Source: a virus
Lineage: Duplodnaviria > Caudoviricetes
Strand: one strand, 5' to 3'
Length of the DNA stretch: 29,837 nt
Virus record (IMG/VR): IMGVR_UViG_3300049183_000003
Span: 1 to 29,837 of that record
The notes under the pieces are model-generated. The model saw only the letters and a program-made list of their open reading frames with translations. It was not told the DNA's origin and ran no database searches. Shown piece by piece: positions 8,028-17,843 of this stretch. The number at the start of each line of letters is the position of its first letter. The first letter of the stretch is position 1. The translations under genes were made by a program, and so were the position numbers.

Positions 8028-10114
8028 CAGCGCTGCACGCTCAGATCGGAGTACAGCGTGTGGATGGCCGACACGCGGTGCGGCTCGGTGTCGCCACTGG
8101 AATAGATCATCAGGCTCATGTGCCGCGCCACCCCGTCGACGTTGGCCTGGATCTGCGCGATCTCGGCGTCGTCGTAGTAAAACTGGTCGTAGTAGGCCGA
8201 GTCGTAGAAGCCGCCCGAGGCGCGCGTCGCGGTCAGGTAGGCCTGCTGCTGATCTGGCCCGCCGAAGTCCAAGTCCTGGCGGAAGTACAGGTTCACCGTC
8301 GTCAGGCCGGACTGCACGTCCAGCATCAGTTTGCGGAAACGCTTCTTGACCTGGGGACTGCCGTAGTGCCAGTAGCTCGTGCGCAGGAAGGCCGCGATGT
8401 CCTCGCCGTCGAATGTCGTGCCCTTGCGCTCGCGCATGACGTAGCCGTCGGACGTGCCGAACACCAGGAACTCGTCGTCGTTGTACGTGTCCGCATCCGC
8501 GCACACCGGTTGGTGCTCGTAGCGCAGGCGCGTGAACTGCACCTTCCCCGGCCGCGGCATGTCAGCGAACCAGGTCATCACCATCACGGCCTTGTCCTTG
8601 CCGTAGACCCGGTACTGGCTCACGCTCTTGACCAGGTTGCAGCAGGTGTACTCGCTGGTGACGTAGCGCTCGGTGGTGCGCGCCGGGGCACTCAAGTTGC
8701 CCGCCTCGAAGTCGCCGTAGGCCTGCGCGCCGGCCAGGGTCAGCACGCCCGAGTCGGACAGGAACACCGCGTTGCCGCTGATTTCCTTGGCGCTGCCGAA
8801 GCGGCAGTTCGTGGTCTTGGAGAACTTCTTCTGCACCCACGGGTCCACTTCGGACCCCGAGCCGTACAGCAGGAAGATCGTCGTGCTCGACAACACCGCC
8901 AGCGTCTCGCCGCGCAGGCTCACGAGGTCGGCGATGTCGGACCCGATGCCGAAGGCGTTGGCGCTGGTGATGGCCTCGTAGGTCAGCGGCTCGCCCAGGC
9001 TCGACGTTTGAAGCTGGCCCTCAGGGTAGGCCAGCATCATGTAGTTCCGGTGCTCGGCCAGCGTGAAGGGCCGGTCGATCCCATCGGTGCGGGTGATGTG
9101 CCAGTCCGCGGCCGCTGCGCCCGACGCGCTGCTGATGTCCATCGTGAGCGTCGGGCTGACGTAGCTGGTGACCGTGCCGACCATGATCTTGCTGGCGTCG
9201 GCGGCCGAGTAGATCGTCAGCGACTGGCCCGCCACCCAGTCGCGCAGCGTGTAGCCGGCGCCCACCGTCTCGGTGACGGTGAACACCTTGGCGCCGGTGC
9301 CGGGCGTGACGTTGCTGGTGCTCGTGCCCTCGGACCCGTAGATGCCGGTGGCCATGAACGTGAACGTCGTCCCGTCCCACTTCCACAGCCGGTTCTTGCC
9401 ATCCACGCCGTACATCGCCCGGCCGCTGGTGTTGCCGAAGAAGTTGGCGATGACAGCGCGCATCGCGCCGCCTGGGCGCATGCCGGTGCGCACCGCGCTC
9501 CAGCCCGAGCTGGTCGACTTCCACAGCGTGGCCGTGGCACCGCCGACCGCGTTGCGCATGCAGTAGCACACGCCATCCCATAGCTTCACCCCGAGGATCG
9601 CGCCCTCGCCCGTCGGCTTGGTGATCAGGTTGCGGTAGTGGTCGCGCGCCGAGGCGATGTCGGTGGCGTAGCCGGTGGAGTCCACCAGGCCGATTTCCGC
9701 GTCATCCGCCGCCGTCGCGCGCGGCGATGCGCTCACACTGATCACTTGGTCGTTGGTGATCGTGCCGGTGTAGGCCGTGACGTACAGGTTCCCGGACGCA
9801 TCGCTGCCGGCCCAAGAGCCAGTGGTGACCGACACCCGCAGCACGATGCCCGATCCGGTGCCGGTGGTGATGGTGTCGCCGGCCGCGATGGCCGTGGTAC
9901 CGCCCGCATCGAACGGCACGATGTAGTACGTCGCATCGCTCGGCGCCGCGCGGCCGTCGAAGCGCTCGTACCCCAGCGTGCGCAGGTACCCGGTTTCGCC
10001 GAAGGTCAGCTCATAGTTCTCGCACCCGATCAGCCTGCCTCTCTGCGGAGAGGTCAGGCTCGACTGCTCGTCCAGCCCGTAGGTCAGGGCGAGGTAGTCG
10101 CTCTTCAGGCTCAC
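8027..10114 (-). CDS. Podovirus tail nozzle/head-stabilisation protein (P22 gp10 / T7 gp12-like position, 695 aa)
   Basis: GTG at 10114 overlaps adaptor stop (GTGA). Beta-rich; 'CENYE...GYLRTLGYERFDG' N-terminus and 'GSPQVKKRFRKL' C-terminal motif; lies between adaptor and fibre. Confidence 0.75.
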   Translation of the reverse strand: MSLKSDYLALTYGLDEQSSLTSPQRGRLIGCENYELTFGETGYLRTLGYERFDGRAAPSDATYYIVPFDAGGTTAIAAGDTITTGTGSGIVLRVSVTTGSWAGSDASGNLYVTAYTGTITNDQVISVSASPRATAADDAEIGLVDSTGYATDIASARDHYRNLITKPTGEGAILGVKLWDGVCYCMRNAVGGATATLWKSTSSGWSAVRTGMRPGGAMRAVIANFFGNTSGRAMYGVDGKNRLWKWDGTTFTFMATGIYGSEGTSTSNVTPGTGAKVFTVTETVGAGYTLRDWVAGQSLTIYSAADASKIMVGTVTSYVSPTLTMDISSASGAAAADWHITRTDGIDRPFTLAEHRNYMMLAYPEGQLQTSSLGEPLTYEAITSANAFGIGSDIADLVSLRGETLAVLSSTTIFLLYGSGSEVDPWVQKKFSKTTNCRFGSAKEISGNAVFLSDSGVLTLAGAQAYGDFEAGNLSAPARTTERYVTSEYTCCNLVKSVSQYRVYGKDKAVMVMTWFADMPRPGKVQFTRLRYEHQPVCADADTYNDDEFLVFGTSDGYVMRERKGTTFDGEDIAAFLRTSYWHYGSPQVKKRFRKLMLDVQSGLTTVNLYFRQDLDFGGPDQQQAYLTATRASGGFYDSAYYDQFYYDDAEIAQIQANVDGVARHMSLMIYSSGDTEPHRVSAIHTLYSDLSVQR

Positions 10115-10749
10115 CAGGAAGCCCCCCAATGTGGCCGCGCCTGCTCTTCGCCGGCTGCCGTGCCCATCAGCTTCTCGTACTCGGCCTTGGCGTGCTGGTA
10201 CAGCGTGCCCGCCTCGTCGTGCCCGGCGTACAGCATCACCGCGCGCCACACGATGGCCATGTGCAGTTCGGTAGGCAGGCCGGTCGGCGTGTCGGCGTCC
10301 AGCGCCATCACCGACGGGGCCTTGTAGCGCTCGACGCTCAGTGCCGCGTTGCTCGTGGGCTTGGCGTTGACTGCGAACGCCTTGTCCGGCCGGATGCTCC
10401 ACGCGCTCGGCGCGCCGGCGGCGATCAGCGTGGACGGGTACGCGTGGCGGAAGTGCTCCCACGGCAGGAACGCCAGCAGGGACGAATTGGCGTCGCGGCA
10501 CGCATCCTTGATGTAGCGCCGCTCGGAGATGGTGCCCGCCGTCACCGCGGTGTTGGCGAGGATGGTGACCGTGGTCGCCTCCCACATCCAGTCCCACAGC
10601 TTCATCTGCTGGATGCGCTGCCACGCTAGGTCCACCCAGTTCACGACCTTGGCGTCGACGCCGGTGGCCGCGGTGGTGTCGGTCAGGCTCGCAGCGCCGG
10701 CCAGGCCCATTTCGAGCTTGGCGCGCTGCGACAGCGTGAGGCGGTTCAT
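10111..10749 (-). CDS. Head-tail adaptor (tail tubular A-like, 212 aa)
   Basis: Size and position; 'WVDLAWQRIQ..WDWM' and 'DADTPTGLPTELHMAIVWRA' motifs typical of podovirus adaptors. Confidence 0.75.
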   Translation of the reverse strand: MNRLTLSQRAKLEMGLAGAASLTDTTAATGVDAKVVNWVDLAWQRIQQMKLWDWMWEATTVTILANTAVTAGTISERRYIKDACRDANSSLLAFLPWEHFRHAYPSTLIAAGAPSAWSIRPDKAFAVNAKPTSNAALSVERYKAPSVMALDADTPTGLPTELHMAIVWRAVMLYAGHDEAGTLYQHAKAEYEKLMGTAAGEEQARPHWGASW

Positions 10750-10756
10750 GACCTAC

Positions 10757-11272
10757 TCAGGCCTCCAGGCACACGCGCTGGTGCCAATCGGCGCCACGGG
10801 GACTCGGCTCGTGCAGGATGCTCACGTTGAAGCGGCGCGACTGGTAGCGGCGGATGAACTGCTGCTCGTCGCGGTCGCCCGGCTTGAACACGTCGGTCTC
10901 GACGCTGAACGGCTGGCTCCGGAGGATCACCTCCAGGAACTTGCGGCGCACCTTGAACGGCTGGTTCGGCGGCACCCAGGTCGTGCGGCCGTTGACGCTG
11001 AAGGGGTAGGCCAGGACGGGCTTCTCTTCCGAGGTCGGCTGCTCCAGGCGGATCACCACCTCTTCTTCCATGAACGCGAGTTCGGCCAGCTCGGCGTCGC
11101 TGGGGATCCGGCTGCCGCGGCCGGCGGACGCCGTCGACTGGTTCTGCGGCTTGTCGACCAGCAGGATGCGCTCGGGTTCGCGCCCAGCCATGCCGCTGGT
11201 CATGTCGATGTCGGGGCGCGAGCCGACCGGCAAGTCGTCGGGGGTGATCTCGCGATGCTGTTGTCGTGCCAT
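10757..11272 (-). CDS. Hypothetical morphogenesis protein (171 aa)
   Basis: ATG at 11272 with GGAG RBS; 'LAFMEEEV...SVNG...VRRKFLEVI' core; in head operon. Confidence 0.7.
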   Translation of the reverse strand: MARQQHREITPDDLPVGSRPDIDMTSGMAGREPERILLVDKPQNQSTASAGRGSRIPSDAELAELAFMEEEVVIRLEQPTSEEKPVLAYPFSVNGRTTWVPPNQPFKVRRKFLEVILRSQPFSVETDVFKPGDRDEQQFIRRYQSRRFNVSILHEPSPRGADWHQRVCLEA

Positions 11273-11291
11273 CTGGCTACTCCGCAAAGGC

Positions 11292-11324
11292 AGCGGCCCC
11301 GAGGCGTGAACCATCGGGGCCGCT
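11292..11324 (-). promoter_or_regulatory. Intergenic hairpin (mRNA stabiliser or weak terminator)
   Basis: 11-bp inverted repeat AGCGGCCCCGA / TCGGGGCCGCT with no strong U-tract. Confidence 0.5.
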
Positions 11325-11370
11325 TGAAGCCGCTTGAGTGGCGGCAGGAGACCGCTTGCGCGGCGAAACG

Positions 11371-11760
11371 TCAGCCGAGCGCCACCCAGGTGATGACCTT
11401 GGACGCGGCGATCACTGCCAGGGTGCCGTTCTGCGACACCTTGAAGTTGCGACCGGTCGTCTTGGCCGTGCCTTCGCTGTCGCAGACGGTGACGCCCTTG
11501 TTGGTCGTCTCCAGGGTCTGCGTGCCGGCGGCGGCGGTCTTGAGGCAGGTGTCGTCGGCCATGCCTTCCCACCATTCCACGCTGATGCGGTCGGTCAGGT
11601 TCGAGAACTTGATGTACCGCGGCGTGAAGCCCAACTCCTGCAGCAGGTAGTCGGTGGTGGTGATGGAATCGGCCGGCAGCGTGAGGCGACCGACCTTCAC
11701 GCGCGCGCCGTCGGCGGCGATGGTGTTGCCGTTCTGGGTGAACGTGGTGTTGAGAGCCAT
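11371..11760 (-). CDS. Probable capsid decoration/minor head protein (129 aa)
   Basis: GAGGAGG RBS, ATG at 11760; Thr/Gly-rich beta composition; second gene after MCP. Confidence 0.6.
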   Translation of the reverse strand: MALNTTFTQNGNTIAADGARVKVGRLTLPADSITTTDYLLQELGFTPRYIKFSNLTDRISVEWWEGMADDTCLKTAAAGTQTLETTNKGVTVCDSEGTAKTTGRNFKVSQNGTLAVIAASKVITWVALG

Positions 11761-11770
11761 GGTGGCCTCC

Positions 11771-12286
11771 TCAGAGTTGGATCGACGGGTCGAAGATCCC
11801 GCCGAAGGTGTTGACGTAGAGCGCGCCCGGGGCGACCGTCGCGTCATCAATGGCCGTGGTGCCACCGACGAAGTTGCCGGTGCCCGTCGGGTTGATGATC
11901 ACGAAGCCCTGCAGCGCCTTGCCCTCCGGGATCGGGGGGAACTTGACCGCGGCCAGCGTCGCGCCTTCCGCGCCCATGGCCGAGGTCTCAGTCCCAGCCC
12001 GGTCCACGAAGAAGCAGTAGACGTTGAACTTGGCGTTGGTCACGGTGCCCGAAAGCGCAGCCATGTCGGTGTTGGCGGCGACCGCAACGAGGCGGTCACC
12101 GAACCAGACATAGTGCGCCGTGGCCGCCTTGACGAGAGCGCTGGCGCCCGCCTTGATGGTCAGGCCCGGGGTGGTCACGGTGTTCGCGACGATGCGACCC
12201 CCGATCCCGCCCAGGATGTTGCGCAACGCCGCCTTGGTCGCGGCATCTGCGATGCTCGACAGCGCGGTGATGATGGAACCCTTCAT
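11771..12286 (-). CDS. Probable capsid decoration/minor head protein (171 aa; start may be 12289)
   Basis: AAGGA RBS; Ala/Thr/Gly-rich; directly after MCP. Confidence 0.6.
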   Translation of the reverse strand: MKGSIITALSSIADAATKAALRNILGGIGGRIVANTVTTPGLTIKAGASALVKAATAHYVWFGDRLVAVAANTDMAALSGTVTNAKFNVYCFFVDRAGTETSAMGAEGATLAAVKFPPIPEGKALQGFVIINPTGTGNFVGGTTAIDDATVAPGALYVNTFGGIFDPSIQL

Positions 12287-12308
12287 GATGGTCCTTTCAG
12301 GTGTTAGC

Positions 12309-12332
12309 GACGGCGGGTGTTACCCCGCCGTC
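12309..12332 (-). promoter_or_regulatory. Hairpin directly after the major capsid gene
   Basis: GACGGCGGG-N6-CCCGCCGTC perfect 9-bp stem; no U-tract. Confidence 0.6.
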
Positions 12333-12339
12333 AGGACCA

Positions 12340-13425
12340 TCAGGCGTTGGTCAGGTTGGTGCGGCCGACTTCGCCGACAGCCATCCAACCATCGTTCTCG
12401 ATGAACGCCTGCTTCCACCAGATGGCACCGACGTAGCCGCGCTGGCCGTGCGGGTCCGACTTGTCCTTCTTGCCGGCAGGCAGGTGGGTCGGCTCCATGC
12501 CGGTCAGGCCGCGCACCGAGACCTGGCTGAACGCATCGGCGGCCATCACAATGAACTGGTACACGTCTGGGTTGGTGCCCGTCGTGCTGTACAGGTCATA
12601 CGTGCTGGCAGTGACCGAGGTCGCGGCATCCAGCACCGCCGGCAGGTCCGGCGACAGGATGAATCGGAAGCGGCCGCACTTGCCGAGTTCGTTCTCCATC
12701 GGCGTGCCGCTGGCGTACTTCTCCGCGGGGGTGAAGTTGTCCAGGGCGCGGATGTCGTGTTCCAGGTCGGTGCTGGCGTAGACCAGGAAGCCGGCAGGCA
12801 CGGGCTCGGTATTGAACAGGCCCGAGGCCGACAACACGCGCGTGACCATGCGGCCGTGATTGGCCTGCAGCACGCGGCTGATCTCCGACAACATGTTGTA
12901 GGTGATCGTGCCGTTCACGGTGGCGCGCGAGGTGCCGGTGCCGCCGTAGAACTTGTTCGTGCCCGCCTTCAGGACGCCGAAGATGATGCACTCGTTGACG
13001 AGCGTGATGCGCTCGGCAGTGAGTTGCTTCTCCTGCTCGGGGATGTCGTCCTCGCCCAGGTCGGCCACGTGGTCCGTGTAGCCATAGAGGCAGGAGTACT
13101 GCTTCATGACGCACGAAACTTCGTGGCTGGTCACCGACTCGGGCGACGCCGTGACGCCTTCCGTGGTCAGGTGCGCATTGACGATCGCAGCCGAGCGATC
13201 GACCAGCGTGGTCGTGCCGAAGAACGTGTTCAGCGTGGTGCTGTTGGTGGTCGCAGCGCCATACGGCAGGAACCGCTTGGCCTGGTACGTCTTGCTGTTG
13301 TTCTTCGGGAACGAGATCTGGCGGCCGGCGCGCGCCAGGCACTCCATCGGGACGGCCCGCTTGAGGATCTCGCCCTTGAATTTGTCGATGCGCCACGACG
13401 TGGTGGTGTAACCGTGCATGCCCAT
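12340..13425 (-). CDS. Major capsid protein, N4-gp56 family (361 aa)
   Basis: 'PKNNSKT...KRF', 'LTTEGVT', 'KQYS', 'ELGK..RFRFI' and C-terminal 'DKSDPHGQRGYVG..W' signature; AGGAG RBS. Confidence 0.9.
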   Translation of the reverse strand: MGMHGYTTTSWRIDKFKGEILKRAVPMECLARAGRQISFPKNNSKTYQAKRFLPYGAATTNSTTLNTFFGTTTLVDRSAAIVNAHLTTEGVTASPESVTSHEVSCVMKQYSCLYGYTDHVADLGEDDIPEQEKQLTAERITLVNECIIFGVLKAGTNKFYGGTGTSRATVNGTITYNMLSEISRVLQANHGRMVTRVLSASGLFNTEPVPAGFLVYASTDLEHDIRALDNFTPAEKYASGTPMENELGKCGRFRFILSPDLPAVLDAATSVTASTYDLYSTTGTNPDVYQFIVMAADAFSQVSVRGLTGMEPTHLPAGKKDKSDPHGQRGYVGAIWWKQAFIENDGWMAVGEVGRTNLTNA

Positions 13426-13445
13426 GACAGGCTCCTATTGGTGTT

Positions 13446-14309
13446 TCAAGGGCTGGTGTTCCAGCCCTCCATGAATGCGTCCTCGCGGGTCTTCGCCGGG
13501 TTGGCCGGCGCAGACGAGCCGCGCGGGGTGACGTTTGCCGCCATGCGGTCACGCCTCGTGTTTGCGGAAGCAGCGGCCTTCTTCTTGGTGTCCTTCCAGG
13601 CGGCCAGCGCGTTGCTGATCACCGGGTAGTCCCATGCATCGGAGGCTTGAGCCAGCTTGGCGATGAACTCCGGGCCCTGCGTCTTCACGTAGGCCTGGAA
13701 CTCGGCGCCGTTGGCATCGTTCTTCCAGCCGGGGTGCACCTCTTCCATGCGCTGCGATGCCAGGCGAATCCACGCGCGCTGTTCGGCACGCTCCTCGGCT
13801 TGCTGCAGGGCTGGTTTCAGCCGCTCCTCGGTGGACTTGAAAACAGCTTCGGGGTCGATCGCCGGGGCGGTGCCGGCTTTCGCCAGCGCCTCCACCAGTT
13901 CAGCCACCTCTGGCAAGTCGGCGCGCAAGGCGTCGAGCTTTTCCTTCGGGAGGTCGATCGCCTGACGGGAATTGATGCTGCGCTGCAGCCCGCCGATCGT
14001 TCCGTAGATCGCGTCCCGATCGCGCTTCATCGCTTGCTCAAGGTCGGGGACCTTGGTGCGAAGGGCGGTCAACTCGGCGTACTCGTCTTCGGTGATCTGG
14101 CGGAACTTCGGCGCGGGCTGTTCGACCGGCGCCTGGGCTTCGGACTGCTGCTGTTCCTGCTGCTGCTCTTCGTCGGTGGCCGGCGGGGGTTCCGTGGGCT
14201 TGCCGTCGAACGCTGCGCTGAACGCTGCAACGCGTTGCGCCTCAAGCTCTGCATCGCCCTCGTCGGGCAAGTGCTGTTCGTCGTCGTGCTGTTCCTGCTC
14301 CATTCCCAT
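13446..14309 (-). CDS. Capsid scaffolding protein (~287 aa)
   Basis: Acidic disordered N-terminus, helical core, 'HPGW...F..Y' motif; directly upstream of MCP; GGAG RBS before ATG 14309. Confidence 0.75.
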   Translation of the reverse strand: MGMEQEQHDDEQHLPDEGDAELEAQRVAAFSAAFDGKPTEPPPATDEEQQQEQQQSEAQAPVEQPAPKFRQITEDEYAELTALRTKVPDLEQAMKRDRDAIYGTIGGLQRSINSRQAIDLPKEKLDALRADLPEVAELVEALAKAGTAPAIDPEAVFKSTEERLKPALQQAEERAEQRAWIRLASQRMEEVHPGWKNDANGAEFQAYVKTQGPEFIAKLAQASDAWDYPVISNALAAWKDTKKKAAASANTRRDRMAANVTPRGSSAPANPAKTREDAFMEGWNTSP

Positions 14310-14413
14310 GGTTGGGTTGCTCCACAAGGCGGACGCACACGGCGTCTTGGTCCACCGGCGCTGCGCGTGGGTGGGTCTATTGCCGTGGGCCGAGTGGCCG
14401 GCGGCGAATGGGG

Positions 14414-14638
14414 TTAGAAGTCGACCGGCTCCTGCTTCGGGCGGTCGACGTTCAGGGCCTTCAAGGCCTGTAGCGCGGCGATCTGGCCGCGCAGTTGAGC
14501 GGTGGAAATCTCAGGCTGCGCCGCGTCGTTCTGCACGCGCAGGGCCTGGATCCGCTCATCGAAATAGGCGCTGAGCTTCAGCCACAGCGTGCTGCGGCGC
14601 TCATCTGGCGTGAGCGCGAAAGGTTCTCTGGCTTGCAT
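14414..14638 (-). CDS. Small helical protein between portal and scaffold (74 aa)
   Basis: TGATG overlap with portal stop; amphipathic helices. Confidence 0.7.
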   Translation of the reverse strand: MQAREPFALTPDERRSTLWLKLSAYFDERIQALRVQNDAAQPEISTAQLRGQIAALQALKALNVDRPKQEPVDF

Positions 14639-17064
14639 CAGGCTTGGAAGGCCTTGCCTTCGGGTGCGCGGCCTTCAGGCTCAAGCTTCGGCTCCTTGAT
14701 CTGCGGGCCTTTGCCGTCTTCCCCGGCCAACTGGGACTGCATGCGGAGTTCCATGGTGAGCGTGGCCAGCTCCAACTTCGCGTCCATCAGCTTCAGCTTG
14801 TGCTGGTTGGCGTAGTCCAGCAACGCCAGTTCCTTGCGGTCTGCCAGTTCCGTCATGCGCTGCACGTGCTGCGCGGCGTCGCGGCGCTCCTGGCTGACGA
14901 CGTGCGCCGTGTCGCGGTCGGTGTCCACCTCGATCTTCTTGCCCAGCAACGCATCGCGGCTCTGCGCGATGGCCTCGGCGCTCTTGGCGCGGATCATTGC
15001 GGCGGCCACCGGCGGCGGGGGCGGCTGCTGCTGCTTCTGCCGCGCCTCGTAGGCCTCGTCCGTCATCATCATGTCGGCCGGGTTCAGCCGCTTGATGCGC
15101 ATCCACTGCTTCGCGTACTCGCGCTTGTCGAAGCCGCATTCAGGGTCTTGGACCAGGGGGAACATCATCAGGATGGCCTGGTCGTTCAGCGCCTTCTCGA
15201 CCATCGCAATCGCAGCGTTCGCATCGATCTGCGCGTCGCCCTTCTCGTCGTCCGGCACATCAGGGTCCAGCAGCAGCCACTCGTACAGGTCGCAGGCCAG
15301 CGGGTTGCTGATCTCTTCCGCGACTCCGTAGCCCACGTCACGCAGGAGCTGCATGGCGTTGTTGTCCTGGAGCTGCTGGCCGCCGAAAGTGTCGGGCGTG
15401 TCCTTGCCGCTCTGGCCCTGCGTGATCAGCGGGATGTTCGTGGACTCTTCGGCCAGGCGCAGTGCCAGTTCCACCCACTGCATGATGGCTGGCGTGACGT
15501 TCGGGATCTGGAACACCGCGATGGCCTTGCGGATGTCGTCCGTGGTCATCTGCTCGGAGTTCATCCCGAAGAGCTTGTCCGGCGTCAGCGCCCAGCGGTC
15601 GTCCATTGGACGCAGCATCAGGTCGTTGATCGCAATCAGGCTGCCGGCGCTCTTGGCCGCATTGGCCATGCCGGCGCGCACCGCAGCGTTGATCAGCCGC
15701 TGCGGGAAACTCAGTTGCTCGGCCACGCCGACACCGGCCCAGTAGCCTTCACGCGCGCGCCAGTTGCCGACGCGGTACGGAAAGCGGCCGGACTCCAGCG
15801 GGTTCACGGTCACGCGGATCGGCGTGTCGTTGACCATCGTCACGATGGCATGCACCGACTCCACCGGCGGGCCGTCTTCGGCGTCTTCGTCTTCGCTTTC
15901 CTCGCGCTGGGCTTGCTTCTCCTCGCGGATGGCCTCAGCCTCCTTGAGGTTCATCAGCTCCAACTCATCGAACGCGATGCGCCCGTAGTAGTACCAGACG
16001 GTGAACTGCCGGCGCTTCGCGGCCTCGCTCTGCGTCTGCGTGCTGTTGGGGTCGAGGAAGACCTTGTTCGGCCCCTCGCGCAACACCTTGTCGATGGCGC
16101 TGTTGATGTAGAAGCCGGTGCGCTTCAGCCCTTCCAACTTGCCCGGCGACAGGTGATCGCACTCGAGGATGTAGTCGCCCGCGTGGATGTCCTCGCCGCA
16201 CGCGGGATCGGGAAACAGGTTCCACGCCGGAATGCGCTTCGTGGTCGGCGCGATCTTGCGCTTGATCTCGACGGACACGCGGCCTTGTGCCTTGCGCGCC
16301 ACCGTGCTTTCGCGGATGTCGGGCACCGGACCCTTGAGCACGCCAACGCCCAGGCGTGCCATGTCCTTGAGCACCTTGCGCATGGTGGCCGGGTGCTTGC
16401 ACTCGACCAGCCAGTCGTGGATGCGCGTCTCGGCCTTCTTCGCAGCCGTCTCGACCTGCTTGATGGCGTGCTTGGCGAGGTCGCCTTCGGTCAGCGGCAC
16501 CTCTTCCGGCCCTGCGGCAGGCGGCTCCACCATGGCCGCCATCGGATCCACCGGCGGGGCATCGTCAGGGCCGGCCGGACGCATCACCGGGCCCTGCGCG
16601 CCTGGCGGAACGAATGGCTTGGTGCTGTCCTTCAGGGTCAGCGCCTCGGGCACCGGCGTGGACTTGATGCTCACCATCTTCCCGTCGATCGGGATGGTGA
16701 TCTCGGCCGCCTTCGCCGCAGCCGCGTCCACGTACTTGCTCGTGAGGCGAACGAAGCCAGTGGCGCGCGTCTCGTCGGTCGCAGGCCGGTCGCTGGTGGG
16801 TGAGCCGCCCATCGTCGTCGGCTTCATCCACCGCGAGCCGGTGAACAGGTGTCGGTTCAGGTCGTCGATGCCAGCATAGGCCTCTTCGCACTCGCGCCAG
16901 ATGTTCTCGATGCCGTATTCCGCACGACCCTTCACCGCTTCATCGCGGCGGCCGGCGACGAGGAGCGCGAATGCCTTCAGGCGTTCCTCGCGCTCCTTCT
17001 TGGCATCCTCGTCGGACATGCCCTCGTCAGGCATGCCGTCGTCCTCGTCGGTCATCTGGCGCAT
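14638..17064 (-). CDS. Portal protein (podovirus type, ~808 aa; start may be 17055)
   Basis: Size and position after terminase; 'LKDMARLGVGVLKGP', 'WNLFPDP', 'YWAGVGVAE' motifs; long C-terminal helical extension after a poly-Pro/Gln linker. Confidence 0.88.
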   Translation of the reverse strand: MRQMTDEDDGMPDEGMSDEDAKKEREERLKAFALLVAGRRDEAVKGRAEYGIENIWRECEEAYAGIDDLNRHLFTGSRWMKPTTMGGSPTSDRPATDETRATGFVRLTSKYVDAAAAKAAEITIPIDGKMVSIKSTPVPEALTLKDSTKPFVPPGAQGPVMRPAGPDDAPPVDPMAAMVEPPAAGPEEVPLTEGDLAKHAIKQVETAAKKAETRIHDWLVECKHPATMRKVLKDMARLGVGVLKGPVPDIRESTVARKAQGRVSVEIKRKIAPTTKRIPAWNLFPDPACGEDIHAGDYILECDHLSPGKLEGLKRTGFYINSAIDKVLREGPNKVFLDPNSTQTQSEAAKRRQFTVWYYYGRIAFDELELMNLKEAEAIREEKQAQREESEDEDAEDGPPVESVHAIVTMVNDTPIRVTVNPLESGRFPYRVGNWRAREGYWAGVGVAEQLSFPQRLINAAVRAGMANAAKSAGSLIAINDLMLRPMDDRWALTPDKLFGMNSEQMTTDDIRKAIAVFQIPNVTPAIMQWVELALRLAEESTNIPLITQGQSGKDTPDTFGGQQLQDNNAMQLLRDVGYGVAEEISNPLACDLYEWLLLDPDVPDDEKGDAQIDANAAIAMVEKALNDQAILMMFPLVQDPECGFDKREYAKQWMRIKRLNPADMMMTDEAYEARQKQQQPPPPPVAAAMIRAKSAEAIAQSRDALLGKKIEVDTDRDTAHVVSQERRDAAQHVQRMTELADRKELALLDYANQHKLKLMDAKLELATLTMELRMQSQLAGEDGKGPQIKEPKLEPEGRAPEGKAFQA

Positions 17065-17073
17065 TCAGGACGA

Positions 17074-17721
17074 TCAGGCCGAGGCCGGCTCTTCGCTCCA
17101 GAGGAACGAGGCGGCCATCGACGCCGCACCCGACACCGTGGACGTGTACGTCGCGACATAGCCACCAGGCGGGACGATCCACTTGCCGTGCAGGTCGATG
17201 ACGTGCATGCCCTGCGGCGCCGTTGTGATGGCGGCCGTCAGGCCCTCGCCGAACACCTCCAGCAGGTAGGGCGTGCCCACCAGCGTGGCGGACAGCGCGC
17301 AGCGGCCGGAGCCGACTGCGCCGCGCAGGTTGGTCGAAGCGCCAGGCGAGGCGGCCGCAGAGGCGGTCGCGATGCCGGCGGCCGAGTAGCCGCCCAGCAG
17401 GCCGATGGTGGCAGCGGCGGGGAACGCCACCAGGAACGAGTAGCCCACGGCCTCGACGATCAGGTCTTTGCTCGAGCCGGCGGGGTTGTAGAGGCACAGG
17501 CCCGTGTAGGTCGTGGCCAGGGCCACCGTGGTCACCGTCGGGACCGCGCCGTTGGAGCCGTAGAACAGCTTGCCGCGGCGCGACAGTTCGTGCAGGCGGC
17601 CGTGCAGTTGCTGCACGATCATTTCGCCCTGGCCACCGATGCGGGGCGCGACAGGCGATCCATCGTTGATGTTGCTCGACGTGGAGTTGCCGGCGTTGAC
17701 GACGCCGTGAATGAGGCCCAT
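17074..17721 (-). CDS. Hypothetical virion structural protein (215 aa)
   Basis: AAGGA RBS, ATG at 17721; Gly/Ala/Thr-rich beta composition. Confidence 0.6.
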   Translation of the reverse strand: MGLIHGVVNAGNSTSSNINDGSPVAPRIGGQGEMIVQQLHGRLHELSRRGKLFYGSNGAVPTVTTVALATTYTGLCLYNPAGSSKDLIVEAVGYSFLVAFPAAATIGLLGGYSAAGIATASAAASPGASTNLRGAVGSGRCALSATLVGTPYLLEVFGEGLTAAITTAPQGMHVIDLHGKWIVPPGGYVATYTSTVSGAASMAASFLWSEEPASA

Positions 17722-17794
17722 GGTGGTTCCTTGGTTGGTTGCGCCCGCGCTGGTGAATGACCAATCGCCTGCGGGCATCAGGCGATCAGGAATG

Positions 17795-17817
17795 CAAAAG
17801 CCGCCTTGAAGGCGGCT
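17795..17817 (-). terminator. Intrinsic terminator after HNH
   Basis: Minus strand GCCGCC-TTCAA-GGCGGC followed by TTTTGCATT. Confidence 0.7.
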
Positions 17818-17843
17818 CGTGGTGTTCTGTGCGGTGGCCCGGC

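Noticed and set aside
8028-8504. ORF-track N-terminal extensions (827-aa fibre; also the 865-aa nozzle, 465-aa, 513-aa and 272-aa calls)
   Set aside because: Extensions overlap upstream genes and are Arg-rich nonsense; internal starts coincide with stop/start overlaps or RBSs.
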